Below are positions 18,368-28,274 of a DNA stretch of 64,000 nucleotides, in pieces. The stretch comes from Fidelibacterota bacterium. GTDB taxonomy: Bacteria; Fidelibacterota; UBA2242. The stretch's first letter is position 1; each line of letters starts with the position of its first letter. The notes beneath the pieces are model-generated. The model had not been told where the DNA came from. It worked only from the letters and a program-made list of their open reading frames with translations, and ran no database searches. The stretch covers positions 118,218-182,217 of the forward strand of contig JBNGDF010000001.1 in assembly GCA_049975265.1 (NCBI GenBank), in the 5' to 3' direction. The position numbers and the translations under genes are program-made.

Positions 18368-19519
18368 GCCCGCAACATCAGAGAAATGTTACACATGCTG
18401 GTTCTTTTTAGACGGGCGGCGCGGGTCGTATTGCTCTATTCCTGTCACGGATTGCTCAACTATTGGATTCGCCGACGCCCGGTTTTGAAAAAAAGTCAGA
18501 TCGGACTGCCCGGAAGAGACAAGATTCATCCGGCTGTTCTTTATACAACAGCAATATCCGAAAAACGCCCGGTATTTGTCGTAGTTGCCGGAACGAGTGC
18601 CTTTGCCCGGAAGCGTCAGCGCCTGAACTGCTTTGCCAAAGCCCTGGCACTGGTTGGTTATCACGTAATCATTGTAAAAAATGAAAATGGGCAGCATATC
18701 CCGGGTACAATTGATCCGACAGAAATCGGTGAAATTATTGAGGCAGTTTCCCTGGATGAGCGGTTTGACAGCAGCCGGATTGTGCTGGTGGGTGCCGATT
18801 TCAGTTCAGCCTGTTTACTGGCGGCAATGAATAATGCAGAAGCCCTTTGGAAAATCCACAGCTTTCTTTTTCTATCACCGGTGACGGATATAAGCAGTCT
18901 CATCAATTTTGCTTTTCGGGGTCGGGTCAAAATCCGGGGTCGCTGGTTTTACCGCTCCTCTTCCGTCAAAATCCGACTTCTTTATCTGTTGTTCGTCCTG
19001 AAAACCGGTCTGTCTCCCGATCAATTTGAGCGGGTATCCGGCATTATATCTCTGCTGCTATCAGACCGTCCGACGACGGCATTTCAGAAAGTTCAGACCC
19101 TTGAGTCGGATATTCACCACCTGCTGCTGGCTGTTTATAGGGGGGATATGGATACTAATGCCGTCCGGAGTTTGACGGAAATATACCGGCGTGATCTGGA
19201 TGCGTCGTATAGCGAGGCGATTCCATCATGTGATCTCGAACGCCCGGTCTTTATTGTACACAGTATCCTTGATGAGGATGTTGATTGCGGGCAGGGTCAG
19301 CTGCTCTGGGAGAAGCTGTCCAGCTCGGCAGGTGTTTACCTGCATTTGACGGATTTTGTGCTTGCCGACGGATGCCGGTCGCTTGTCACCAATCCGGCGA
19401 AATGGGTCTGGGGTGCTTTCGACATGACCCGTGCTCTTTACAGAGTACTGGCGTATCTTTACAGTGATAAAAATTTACCCTATAATCCCACCCAAACAGC
19501 CCTTCGGATGCGTATTTAA
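18359..19519 (+). CDS. hypothetical protein, degenerate alpha/beta-hydrolase-like fold
   Basis: 386 aa; hydrolase-like strand-turn-helix RIVLVGADFSSACLLA where a GxSxG elbow would be (G-A-D-F-S, last Gly missing); no other motif recognised. Confidence 0.3.
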   Translation: MKQARNIREMLHMLVLFRRAARVVLLYSCHGLLNYWIRRRPVLKKSQIGLPGRDKIHPAVLYTTAISEKRPVFVVVAGTSAFARKRQRLNCFAKALALVGYHVIIVKNENGQHIPGTIDPTEIGEIIEAVSLDERFDSSRIVLVGADFSSACLLAAMNNAEALWKIHSFLFLSPVTDISSLINFAFRGRVKIRGRWFYRSSSVKIRLLYLLFVLKTGLSPDQFERVSGIISLLLSDRPTTAFQKVQTLESDIHHLLLAVYRGDMDTNAVRSLTEIYRRDLDASYSEAIPSCDLERPVFIVHSILDEDVDCGQGQLLWEKLSSSAGVYLHLTDFVLADGCRSLVTNPAKWVWGAFDMTRALYRVLAYLYSDKNLPYNPTQTALRMRI

Positions 19520-19587
19520 TATGACAATCAAAACGGATCGGAGTAACCGACCCGTTTCTGTTCCGCCAGTGTTCGTGAATTAATCGT

Positions 19588-21246
19588 CTATTTTGATTTT
19601 TCGATCTTCTTGAGCTGCTTTTCAGCCTTTTTGGCGCTCTTGGAATCTGGGTAATTGGTGACGATCAGATTAAGCGTTTCGACGGTTTTATCATGATCGT
19701 TCAGTTTACTGCTGTAAATGTCGGCAGCTTTATCCAGGGCATTAACGATATTTTCGGCAGCGGGGTATTTATCATATAGTTTCATATATTCAGCGATTGC
19801 AGATTCGTACTGTTTGTGTCTTGCGTATAGGTCTCCGGCAGCCATAATAGCTTGGTGAGCGTCCGGTGAGCCCGGAAAGCGGTCATCAACCGACAGGTAG
19901 GTGGCAATGGCATCCTGAATCAGATTCATTTGATCCGCCAGAATTACCGCCTTGCGCATGAGCGCATCGGTACTGAGATGGTCCTTTCCGGCTTCCATGA
20001 ACAGATCGCCGGCAATTTGGTATTCGGTGGTCGCCTGCTCCCAGTTCTGCTTTTTAATATCGGCGATTTGGGCGATGCGATGATGCGCATAAACGGCGAG
20101 AGTATCGTCAGGAAAAAGGTTTATAAAGCGGTAAAGGGTCTCGATGGCTTGATCGTATTCCTCGAATTCTTTTTCCTGCAGCCGGGCGGATTGATAAAGA
20201 GCGACAGCCATTTCCGGACTATTAGGATAAAAGATCATCAGCCGGTGGTAAGTGATAAAGGCGCTCTGCGGGCGCAGATTTTCGGCATAATATTGTGCCA
20301 GCCAGAGACAGATTTGCGGTGCATATTCAGAAAAGGGGTAAAGTTGCAGATAGGTCTGGGCTTCGTTCGGAAACATCGCCTTGACAGCCGGGTCCGGAAA
20401 ATCCTTGAGCAGTTCCACGAACCTGAAGTAGCGGGTTTCCACGTCGGGGTAAGCCGGCGTGGAGGCGACCACGTTCATTAAAAAGTCGGTATAGCTTTTG
20501 TATGTTTTTTCAGTCTGGAAAATCCCGGCGCGGATGGTCTTGATCTCCTCGGCTAAAGGGGATTCGGGATATAGAAAGATGAATTTGATTATTGATCGTT
20601 CAGCGTTAGCCCAGTCCTGCTTGCGAATATAGATTTGGGTCAGAAAATCCTGTATGGAGTCACAGCGCGCAGCCGGGAAATAGGTATCGAGATATTGTTC
20701 CAGCTGGTTGACCTGAAACGGATGAATATCCTCGATATCGGTGGTCAGAATTAAAAAGCCTGACCTGGTTTTTTTCTCCTGACGTTTGACAAATTTTTCA
20801 TATTCAAAATACTTTTGCTCGCTTTCGGGATCGAATTGCGGTTCTCCAGTGGCAACGATTGCCGATGTTGTCGTTTGCCGGGCTTTTAAACTATCTTGCA
20901 AGGCACGGATGGTCTTTCTGTATTTGGTGATTTCCATGGAGTTCTGATTGAGAATATCGGTGATCTGAGTATTGAGAAGCGTCACCAGCGAGTCTTTCTG
21001 TTCCATTAACTTTTCGTCATAGACCAGCGTCATTGAATCGATAATAAACTGCCGTAGCGTCTGAATGTCACCGACAGCCTCCTCCTCAACGGCTTGTTGA
21101 AATTCATACTCCTGTCGCCCGGCGAGAGTATCAACGAGACTATCTAGAGAGTCGGTCTGAGCCCTCAGGCAGATGGAAGCAATCATAACGATCAGGACCG
21201 GTAAAAGCAACCGGTCCGCAGGGGAACAAAGGAATGATTTATTCAT
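19588..21246 (-). CDS. secreted TPR-repeat protein (probable lipoprotein/periplasmic scaffold)
   Basis: Signal peptide LLLPVLIVMIASICLRAQ, coiled-coil N-terminal third, then repeated TPR-like helices (A..Y......Y..A...Y), Lys-rich C-terminus. Confidence 0.5.
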   Translation of the reverse strand: MNKSFLCSPADRLLLPVLIVMIASICLRAQTDSLDSLVDTLAGRQEYEFQQAVEEEAVGDIQTLRQFIIDSMTLVYDEKLMEQKDSLVTLLNTQITDILNQNSMEITKYRKTIRALQDSLKARQTTTSAIVATGEPQFDPESEQKYFEYEKFVKRQEKKTRSGFLILTTDIEDIHPFQVNQLEQYLDTYFPAARCDSIQDFLTQIYIRKQDWANAERSIIKFIFLYPESPLAEEIKTIRAGIFQTEKTYKSYTDFLMNVVASTPAYPDVETRYFRFVELLKDFPDPAVKAMFPNEAQTYLQLYPFSEYAPQICLWLAQYYAENLRPQSAFITYHRLMIFYPNSPEMAVALYQSARLQEKEFEEYDQAIETLYRFINLFPDDTLAVYAHHRIAQIADIKKQNWEQATTEYQIAGDLFMEAGKDHLSTDALMRKAVILADQMNLIQDAIATYLSVDDRFPGSPDAHQAIMAAGDLYARHKQYESAIAEYMKLYDKYPAAENIVNALDKAADIYSSKLNDHDKTVETLNLIVTNYPDSKSAKKAEKQLKKIEKSK

Positions 21247-21486
21247 ATGGTAACCTCATGTAGCTTGTTTTCCCTTTATAATAAGCAATTTAAAAGATAT
21301 TTTATAAAAGTTTGTCGTTTTTCCAAAAAAAATCAATGCCTCTGGAAAAAATTCGGCTCGTTTTTGGTGTTTTCGGGCGATGATTCGGTTCATTATTAAT
21401 AAAATTAAGAAAAATTTGATAAAAAACTTTATCTTTAAAAATCTTATTTGCAACTTTAGGTATGGATCGTTTCAAGGAGGATTAGT
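21247..21486. promoter_or_regulatory. AT-rich divergent promoter region (upstream of TPR lipoprotein gene on minus and ldcA-kor cluster on plus)
   Basis: 240 bp visibly AT-rich (long A/T runs: ttttccaaaaaaaatcaa, aaaattaagaaaaatttgataaaaaac) in an otherwise ~50% GC window; GGAGG RBS at 21477-21481. Confidence 0.35.
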
Positions 21487-22413
21487 ATGTACCGGTTTCC
21501 CAAGCCGCTGTCTAACGGGGCAACCATAGGGGTCATCGCGCCGGCCAGTGCGGCTAACCGGAGACAGACCCGTGAAGGTCTGGAATATTTGGAACGCCGG
21601 GGATTTACGGTAAAAACGGCGCCCAATCTGACACGCGGCCGGTTTTACCTGGCGGGAGCTGACACCGGACGGGTGAAATGGCTTGAAGAGTTTATCCGGG
21701 ACCCGGAAATTGAGGCGATAATCTGTGTGCGGGGCGGCTATGGAATACTCAGGATTATCGACAGAATCGACTATCGGAAACTGGCGAAAGTGCCTCCCAA
21801 GATGATTATCGGCTATTCCGATGTTACCGCATTACAACTGGCATTCCTGCGGAAGCTCGGCTGGATTGGTTACAGCGGACCGATGGTCGCTTCGGATATG
21901 AACGGTGAGTTTGACACCTATTCCGAAGAGTGGTTATGGAAGGTTGTTATGGCGCATCCCTATCCGCTGAAACTTGAAAATCCCATAGGCGAAGAGATTA
22001 AAATATACCGGCAGGGTTCGGCAGAGGGAACTCTGATTGGTGGCTGTCTATCGCTGATTACGCCGCTTTTGGGAACCGGGTACATGCCCGATCTGAAAGG
22101 TGCGGTGCTGGTGATTGAAGATATCGGTGAAAAGACCTATCATCTGGATAAACATCTGCATATGTTGCGGCTTCACGGGGTATTTGATAAAATCGGCGGT
22201 CTGATTCTGGGGCATTTTGTCAACTGCTTTCCCAAAAATCCGCAGCGCTCCTTTACAATGGGAGAGTTGCTGGGTGATATTCTCAAAGATTACGATTTTC
22301 CGGTCCTGACCCATTTTGCCTATGGTCATATAAAAAAACGCCTGACTTTGCCCCTGGGCGCCCGGGTGCGGTTGAATACGAATCCGGTGGAGATTGAAAT
22401 TACTGGAAATTGA
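21487..22413 (+). CDS. ldcA: LD-carboxypeptidase (muramoyltetrapeptide carboxypeptidase, peptidase S66)
   Basis: S66 blocks IGVIAPAS, IICVRGGYG, IGYSDVTAL (Ser nucleophile), C-terminal His/Glu region. Confidence 0.85.
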   Translation: MYRFPKPLSNGATIGVIAPASAANRRQTREGLEYLERRGFTVKTAPNLTRGRFYLAGADTGRVKWLEEFIRDPEIEAIICVRGGYGILRIIDRIDYRKLAKVPPKMIIGYSDVTALQLAFLRKLGWIGYSGPMVASDMNGEFDTYSEEWLWKVVMAHPYPLKLENPIGEEIKIYRQGSAEGTLIGGCLSLITPLLGTGYMPDLKGAVLVIEDIGEKTYHLDKHLHMLRLHGVFDKIGGLILGHFVNCFPKNPQRSFTMGELLGDILKDYDFPVLTHFAYGHIKKRLTLPLGARVRLNTNPVEIEITGN

Positions 22414-22499
22414 TATAGCGATTGTCGCCTTTGTGAGTATAGCTGGCAAAGGTACGATAAACCAAGAGAGATTGATTATTTTAAAGATGGTGTAACAGT

Positions 22500-22715
22500 A
22501 TGAAGAAAAATGTGGATATCATTATAAATGAAGACTGGTGTAAAAGCTGTGAGATTTGCGTCACTTTTTGTCCGAAAAAGGTTTTTGACATGGGTCGTTT
22601 TTATCCCATAGTAGCCAGACCGGAAGACTGCATCAATTGCAAATTATGCGAAATGTTATGTCCGGATTTTGCGATTCAGGTGATTGCGACCGATGATAAG
22701 GATAAGAATAAGTAA
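22500..22715 (+). CDS. korD: 2-oxoacid:ferredoxin oxidoreductase delta subunit (2x[4Fe-4S] ferredoxin)
   Basis: 71 aa with two CxxCxxCxxxCP motifs (CKSCEICVTFCP, CINCKLCEMLCP). Confidence 0.85.
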   Translation: MKKNVDIIINEDWCKSCEICVTFCPKKVFDMGRFYPIVARPEDCINCKLCEMLCPDFAIQVIATDDKDKNK

Positions 22716-22729
22716 GCAACGGAGATTCT

Positions 22730-23878
22730 TTGGAAACACCAAATCCCAATATCAAGATGTGGCAGGGCAATGTCGCCTGTGCCGAGGGTGCTCTGGCGGC
22801 GGGATGTCGTTTTTTTGCAGGTTATCCCATTACTCCCTCGTCTGAGATTGCCGAGGTGCTGGCGCTGCGTCTGCCACAAATGGGTGGCAACTTTATTCAG
22901 ATGGAAGATGAGATTGCTGCAATGGGGGCAACCATCGGCGCATCTCTGGGGGGCGTAAAAGCCATGACCGCCACCAGCGGTCCGGGATTTTCGCTGAAGC
23001 AGGAAAATATCGGTTTCGCGGCGATGGCTGAGATCCCCTGCGTGGTGGTGAATGTCCAGCGCGGTGGACCCAGCACCGGACTACCGACGCACACCTCTCA
23101 GGGAGATGTCATGCAGGCTCGCTGGGGAACTCATGGTGATCACCCCATCATTGTGCTGGCACCCTGCTCTGTGCGGGAAACCTACGATATGACGGTGAGA
23201 GCCTTCAATCTGGCGGAAAAGTACCGCACGCCGGTTATTCTCCTGTCGGATGAAATTGTCGGGCATTTGACAGAAAAGGTCGAGATTCCGCCTATTGAGT
23301 CGCTGGGACTGATAGATCGCAAAAAGCCCGTGGTACCACCCGATCAGTACAAACCCTATGAAATGGATGCGAGTGACATTCCGCCGATGGCAAATTTCGG
23401 CGAGGGGTACCGCTATCATGTAACCGGTCTGGCTCATGATGAGACCGGATTTCCGACCAACGATCCGGAAAAAATCCAGGCACAGCTGGAGCGCCTGAAC
23501 CGGAAAATCGACCGCTACCGGGACCAAATCGTTGAGGTGGAGACCCAGTTTACCGAGGACGCCGAAATATTGGTGATATCCTTTGGCTCTACCGCCCGAT
23601 CGGCTCGTCGGGCGGTGATAAACGCCAGAGAACAGAATGTTAGAGCCGGCTTCCTGCGCCTGAAAACGATCTGGCCCTTTCCCGGCGCAGAGATCGAAGC
23701 CATCGGATGTTCGGAGCAGGTGCAACGGATTATTGTTCCTGAAATGAATCTCGGTCAGCTGGCGCATGAGGTCGAATGGGCTGTACGCCGCTCAAGACCG
23801 GTAGTGCGGATCAATAAGATCAACGGCGAGCCGATCGCGCCCAGTGAAATTTTGAATACCATAATGGAGCAAAAATAA
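22730..23878 (+). CDS. korA: 2-oxoacid:ferredoxin oxidoreductase alpha subunit
   Basis: KorA/PorA blocks GYPITPSSEI, TATSGPGFSLK, VVVNVQRGGPSTGLPT. Confidence 0.9.
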   Translation: METPNPNIKMWQGNVACAEGALAAGCRFFAGYPITPSSEIAEVLALRLPQMGGNFIQMEDEIAAMGATIGASLGGVKAMTATSGPGFSLKQENIGFAAMAEIPCVVVNVQRGGPSTGLPTHTSQGDVMQARWGTHGDHPIIVLAPCSVRETYDMTVRAFNLAEKYRTPVILLSDEIVGHLTEKVEIPPIESLGLIDRKKPVVPPDQYKPYEMDASDIPPMANFGEGYRYHVTGLAHDETGFPTNDPEKIQAQLERLNRKIDRYRDQIVEVETQFTEDAEILVISFGSTARSARRAVINAREQNVRAGFLRLKTIWPFPGAEIEAIGCSEQVQRIIVPEMNLGQLAHEVEWAVRRSRPVVRINKINGEPIAPSEILNTIMEQK

Positions 23879-23880
23879 CG

Positions 23881-24693
23881 ATGGATTATCTATACTATTT
23901 ACGCCGGGATAAAATGCCCCATATCTGGTGTGATGGATGTGGGCACGGTATCATTTTGAAGTCCATTCTGAGGTGCATTGACAAAATGGGCTGGGACAAA
24001 AACGATATCGCTCTGGTTTCTGGGATCGGTTGTTCCAGCCGGACGCCGGGCTATGTGGATTTTAACACCCTGCATACAACCCACGGTCGGGCGCTGGCGT
24101 TTGCCACGGGATTGAAAATTGCCAAACCGAACCTGCATGTAATTGTCGTCAGCGGCGACGGTGATGCAACAGCTATCGGTGGCAATCACTTCATTCATGC
24201 CGCCCGGCGGAATATTGATATCACTATGATCATCTATAACAACTATATCTACGGTATGACCGGCGGACAGGTATCCCCGACGACACCTGCCCACAAGAAA
24301 GCCACAACGGCACCCTACGGCAATCCCGATGAGCCTTTTGATATCAGCCGGCTGGCGCAGTCGGCCGGCGCCATCTATGTCGCCCGCTCTACCGTTTTTC
24401 ATGTAGCCAGGATGGACAAATACATTGAGAGCGCTTTGAATAGAACCGGTTTTTCTGTGGTGGAGATACTGACACCCTGCCCAACGTCCTACGGACGGCG
24501 CAATAAGGAGGGGCGTGGCGTTGATATGCTGATGTATCAAAAAAGCAACAGCATCGGAATCGAGAGAGCAAAAAATATGTCTGCAGAAGAGCTGGTCGGG
24601 AAAATCGTTACGGGTGTATTTGCAGATAAAGGGCAGGAAAGTTATCTTAATCGATACAACGAGGTCATTGAAAAAGCCCGTAAGGGGACATAA
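23881..24693 (+). CDS. korB: 2-oxoacid:ferredoxin oxidoreductase beta subunit (TPP-binding)
   Basis: WCDGCGHG, GIGCSSR, VSGDGDATAIGGNHFIHAARRNIDITMIIYNNYIYGMTGGQ thiamine-PP binding region. Confidence 0.9.
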   Translation: MDYLYYLRRDKMPHIWCDGCGHGIILKSILRCIDKMGWDKNDIALVSGIGCSSRTPGYVDFNTLHTTHGRALAFATGLKIAKPNLHVIVVSGDGDATAIGGNHFIHAARRNIDITMIIYNNYIYGMTGGQVSPTTPAHKKATTAPYGNPDEPFDISRLAQSAGAIYVARSTVFHVARMDKYIESALNRTGFSVVEILTPCPTSYGRRNKEGRGVDMLMYQKSNSIGIERAKNMSAEELVGKIVTGVFADKGQESYLNRYNEVIEKARKGT

Positions 24694-24707
24694 TACAAGG
24701 AGACTGT

Positions 24708-25277
24708 ATGGCTTTTCGCTATGAAATACGATTGAGTGGTTCCGGCGGGCAGGGCCTGATTCTGGTGGGTAAGGTTCTGGCGGAAGCGGCGGCGATTTAC
24801 GATGGACTGAATGCGACCCAGAGTCAGTCCTACGGACCGGAAGCCCGGGGGGGTGCCAGTCGCTCCGAGGTGATCATTTCCGATGGCGATATCGATTATC
24901 CCAAAGCGGAGAACATCGATATTTTGCTGGCATTGACCCAGGAAGCCTGCGATAAGTATATTACGGATCTCAAAGGAAGTGGCATCTTAATTGTCGATTC
25001 GCAAATGGTGACAAAGATTCCGGAAGGTGACTTTCGGGTGGTGGCGGTGCCGATTATTCAGTCGGCGGTGGAACGGCTTGGTAATTTTCTGGTTTCCAAT
25101 ATTATCGCATTGGGGATTATCATCAAATTGTCCGGGATCGTTTCGGAGGATTCCGCCAAACATGCCATCCGCTCACGGGTTCCAAAGGGAACCGAGGAGG
25201 TTAATATCAAAGCCTTCTACGCCGGGGTTGAACTGGCGCAGAAATGGCTGGAACAGCACGGACCGCTGAAAGCGTAA
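24708..25277 (+). CDS. korC: 2-oxoacid:ferredoxin oxidoreductase gamma subunit
   Basis: 189 aa, GSGGQG nucleotide-like loop at N-terminus, typical gamma-subunit length; 14-nt gaps to flanking subunits. Confidence 0.85.
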   Translation: MAFRYEIRLSGSGGQGLILVGKVLAEAAAIYDGLNATQSQSYGPEARGGASRSEVIISDGDIDYPKAENIDILLALTQEACDKYITDLKGSGILIVDSQMVTKIPEGDFRVVAVPIIQSAVERLGNFLVSNIIALGIIIKLSGIVSEDSAKHAIRSRVPKGTEEVNIKAFYAGVELAQKWLEQHGPLKA

Positions 25278-25287
25278 TCAGACCGTT

Positions 25288-28269
25288 GTGATTCACACAG
25301 TCGACTTTTCCACGATTGATCTCTTTGGACGTGTCAGCGCCCTGGGAAATCACCATAATAAATATCTGTTAAATATTGAGAAAAATTTTGATGCCCTGGT
25401 CTCGCTGATTGATGCCAAGCATCTTTTTGACCAGTTCCGTCTGCTTCGATTTTCGTCGCAGCCGGCGCGGGAGATGCGCCTAATTAAGGATTTTATCAAG
25501 GACCGTGAGACATTGCTGGAAATGCTGGGATGTTATTACTCGCTTCAATTTCTGCTGATGAATATCAAGGCGCTGGATGTACTTCAGATGAATCTCTCGA
25601 AGCCCACCGACCGGTACGAAAATTTTCAGTGGTTTTTGATGCGCACCGGCTCCGATTTCCGACTGCTCAGTGGAGCCTATATGGAAATTCTGCTGGATAT
25701 TTTTCTGCCGGAAACGTCACGTCCCGACTTTGTGGTCTGCTGCGTGGGTACACGGGTTGATCAGGACGATATCGATTTGGGGGTGATTGACCGGGGCACC
25801 AGAGACCGGCGCATTATTACAAAAGCCTTTGGTCTGCTGAACCGGGAGATGTTGAAAAATGCCAGCGCGCTGCATTTTCATCTCTCCGAACATGTCGGTA
25901 AAAGCGGCTATTCGGCATCCATTGCAGAGTATCATGACCTGCTGGATCATGAGATACAGGATTTCGTCATATTGAGCGAGATGCTGAATGCTGTGCCGAT
26001 TCTCGGTCAACGGGCGCTTTTTCACCAGTTCAAAACCGAGATTCTGGACCGTTATTACTATCACCCGGCGAATGATAATAAATACCACGAGGGTTGTCTG
26101 CGGGGTTTACTGGGGGAAATCCGGGACCTGATCATGAAGGAAGCTCCGGAAAACATCCTGATTCCCAAGCGGGATGCGCTGCGGATGCTGAAGGCGACCC
26201 TGTTTGCCATGAAGACCTGGAAAGGGATTGATCGCAATACTACTCTGGAGGTTCTGGACGTTCTGCTGAAAACCGATCTCTCCAACCGGGACGACTATCT
26301 GCGGATTCATCGCGCCCTGACCTTTTTTGAGACCTTCCGGTTTCTATATCATCTGATTGTTGTGCAGGAAGAGGAGATATATCTGGAAGATGCCAACATG
26401 TCCGACAATCTGCAGAAGGTGGCTTTGGCGATGGGCTACGAAGACAAAAGCTATGCGCCGGCATATACACAGATGCTGATTCATTATCAGGATTTACAGG
26501 AGACCGCCCGGCGCGGTGCCGAACGTCTCATCGGGCAGATCAACAAACACTTACAAAATATCACGATATTTAATTCGATTACCGGTGTGGCGGATAAAAC
26601 GGTGCATGCGGAATCGGGAGAGCGGATTAATATTGCCAAGGAATTTATCAGACAGTCCACCTTTTTCCGTGGAATCCGTTTCTGGGACGATGTGTTTACC
26701 CGGCTGGACAGCGAGGATGAAATTCTACTGAATATGTTTATCAGCGATTTTATCAATCTGCCGGGTGAACAGATGATTTCCCTGCTCAAAACCTATGTAC
26801 GCTGGGGGCGGACGTCGCCTTACTCGCTGATTTCGCTGATAACAATTCTGGCAAAACACCGACCGGCATTGGCGGAGTCAAATTTTATCCGCTGTTTTTT
26901 GGATGAATTCATTAACGATCTTCAGGGTACCTATGAAAATATCAGCCGCTTGTGTCACATTCTGAATTTTGCTCCCCGGATGATGAACAATTTTCTGGCA
27001 TTGCTGAACGAAGATCATCTGACGCGTCTGATCGGAATTGTTGACCAGCCTTTGTGGCGTCCCGATATTCAGATGTTACAGGATAATCTGCTGATCATGT
27101 GCCGCCTTTACAGAGACAGCAGTTACTATTTTCAGCGTTTTGTACAGCGGGTGTTTAATTCCTATGCGGACTATATTTCCACTTTGAGAAATGAGCCAAA
27201 ATTTGCCCAGATTGCGGACGGTCTGCTGCGCAATCTGGATAATTTTGATACAATTTCGGAGCGAATCGAAAAGCTGGGCGACTACTATGATTTTGAGTTT
27301 TTACGGCTCGGCATCAAGATGATTTCCGGCGGATCCTTTGAGACGGTAAACCAGCAGTTCACAATTTTTTCGGACAATTTTATCCAGATTCTGTTTGATC
27401 TGTGCCGGGAAGAGATTGCCAGGGAGATGGATGATGAAATTTTGGAGACCCGCGACCTGCTGGCGGTTTTTGCCGCGGGCGGACATGCCCGCAGTCAGTC
27501 ATTTGACGACGATTATGATTTGATCATATTATTGAATTCCGACGATGAGAAGATGCTGCAATACGCCAACCGGATTATTCTGAAAATGAATAAGCATATT
27601 ATTCGCCGTTCCATTATGACGCACTACCGCTTTGCCGACCGGTTTAAGAATTACGTTACCACGTTTCAGAATCTTAAGGACTTCTTCCGTCATCCCGATG
27701 AAAGTGCCTTTATTGATATGTCGCAGTTGCTCGGCTCCCGAATGATCGTGGGCAGCGCTCATTTCAAGGATGCCTTTGAGAAGGAGATTGTCATTCCCTT
27801 CATTTTTAACCGGAAAGCGGAGTTCACAAAATCGCTAAAAGCCGAAATCGATTCACGGCAAACATACCGCCTGACATCCGAAGAGATCGATATCAAAGAG
27901 TGTCCCGGGGGTCTGCGGGATATGGAAAATTTTCTGTTTATTCTCAAAGCCCATTTCTCCATCGTCAGACCGATATCGGAGAAGCTGTTCAAACAGCTGT
28001 TCCAGTTATTACCCAACCATGAGATTGAAATAGATACTCTTCGTCAGAATTATTTCCTGCTGAAACATATTCGCGACCTCTATCACCTGATGGTCTCTGA
28101 TAACGATGAGCTGCAGACCGACTATCTTGCAAACATAATTCCGCCGCTGAATCAATCGCGGAAACTGAATCTGGCGAGTGTTGATCAGCTGCGGAAAATG
28201 ATCGAATCACTGCTGCAGGAGAACGTGGAGCTGATCGCTCAATTATTGGAGCTGGTGGAATCCAACTGA
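25288..28269 (+). CDS. divergent GlnE-like tandem nucleotidyltransferase (glutamine-synthetase adenylyltransferase-type architecture)
   Basis: 993 aa, GTG start 10 nt after korC; two NTase-like motifs: VCCVGTRVDQDDIDLGVI (N half) and AAGGHARSQSFDDDYDLIILL (C half, GG..R....D.DL like GlnE/GlnD) each followed by long helical regions; no HD motif seen. Confidence 0.5.
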   Translation: MIHTVDFSTIDLFGRVSALGNHHNKYLLNIEKNFDALVSLIDAKHLFDQFRLLRFSSQPAREMRLIKDFIKDRETLLEMLGCYYSLQFLLMNIKALDVLQMNLSKPTDRYENFQWFLMRTGSDFRLLSGAYMEILLDIFLPETSRPDFVVCCVGTRVDQDDIDLGVIDRGTRDRRIITKAFGLLNREMLKNASALHFHLSEHVGKSGYSASIAEYHDLLDHEIQDFVILSEMLNAVPILGQRALFHQFKTEILDRYYYHPANDNKYHEGCLRGLLGEIRDLIMKEAPENILIPKRDALRMLKATLFAMKTWKGIDRNTTLEVLDVLLKTDLSNRDDYLRIHRALTFFETFRFLYHLIVVQEEEIYLEDANMSDNLQKVALAMGYEDKSYAPAYTQMLIHYQDLQETARRGAERLIGQINKHLQNITIFNSITGVADKTVHAESGERINIAKEFIRQSTFFRGIRFWDDVFTRLDSEDEILLNMFISDFINLPGEQMISLLKTYVRWGRTSPYSLISLITILAKHRPALAESNFIRCFLDEFINDLQGTYENISRLCHILNFAPRMMNNFLALLNEDHLTRLIGIVDQPLWRPDIQMLQDNLLIMCRLYRDSSYYFQRFVQRVFNSYADYISTLRNEPKFAQIADGLLRNLDNFDTISERIEKLGDYYDFEFLRLGIKMISGGSFETVNQQFTIFSDNFIQILFDLCREEIAREMDDEILETRDLLAVFAAGGHARSQSFDDDYDLIILLNSDDEKMLQYANRIILKMNKHIIRRSIMTHYRFADRFKNYVTTFQNLKDFFRHPDESAFIDMSQLLGSRMIVGSAHFKDAFEKEIVIPFIFNRKAEFTKSLKAEIDSRQTYRLTSEEIDIKECPGGLRDMENFLFILKAHFSIVRPISEKLFKQLFQLLPNHEIEIDTLRQNYFLLKHIRDLYHLMVSDNDELQTDYLANIIPPLNQSRKLNLASVDQLRKMIESLLQENVELIAQLLELVESN

Positions 28270-28274
28270 TCGAA

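Noticed and set aside
21256-21453. 65-aa ORF (MQIRFLKIKFFIKFF...) in the AT-rich intergenic region
   Set aside because: Composition simply mirrors the AT-rich DNA (Lys/Ile/Phe); no RBS or conserved features.
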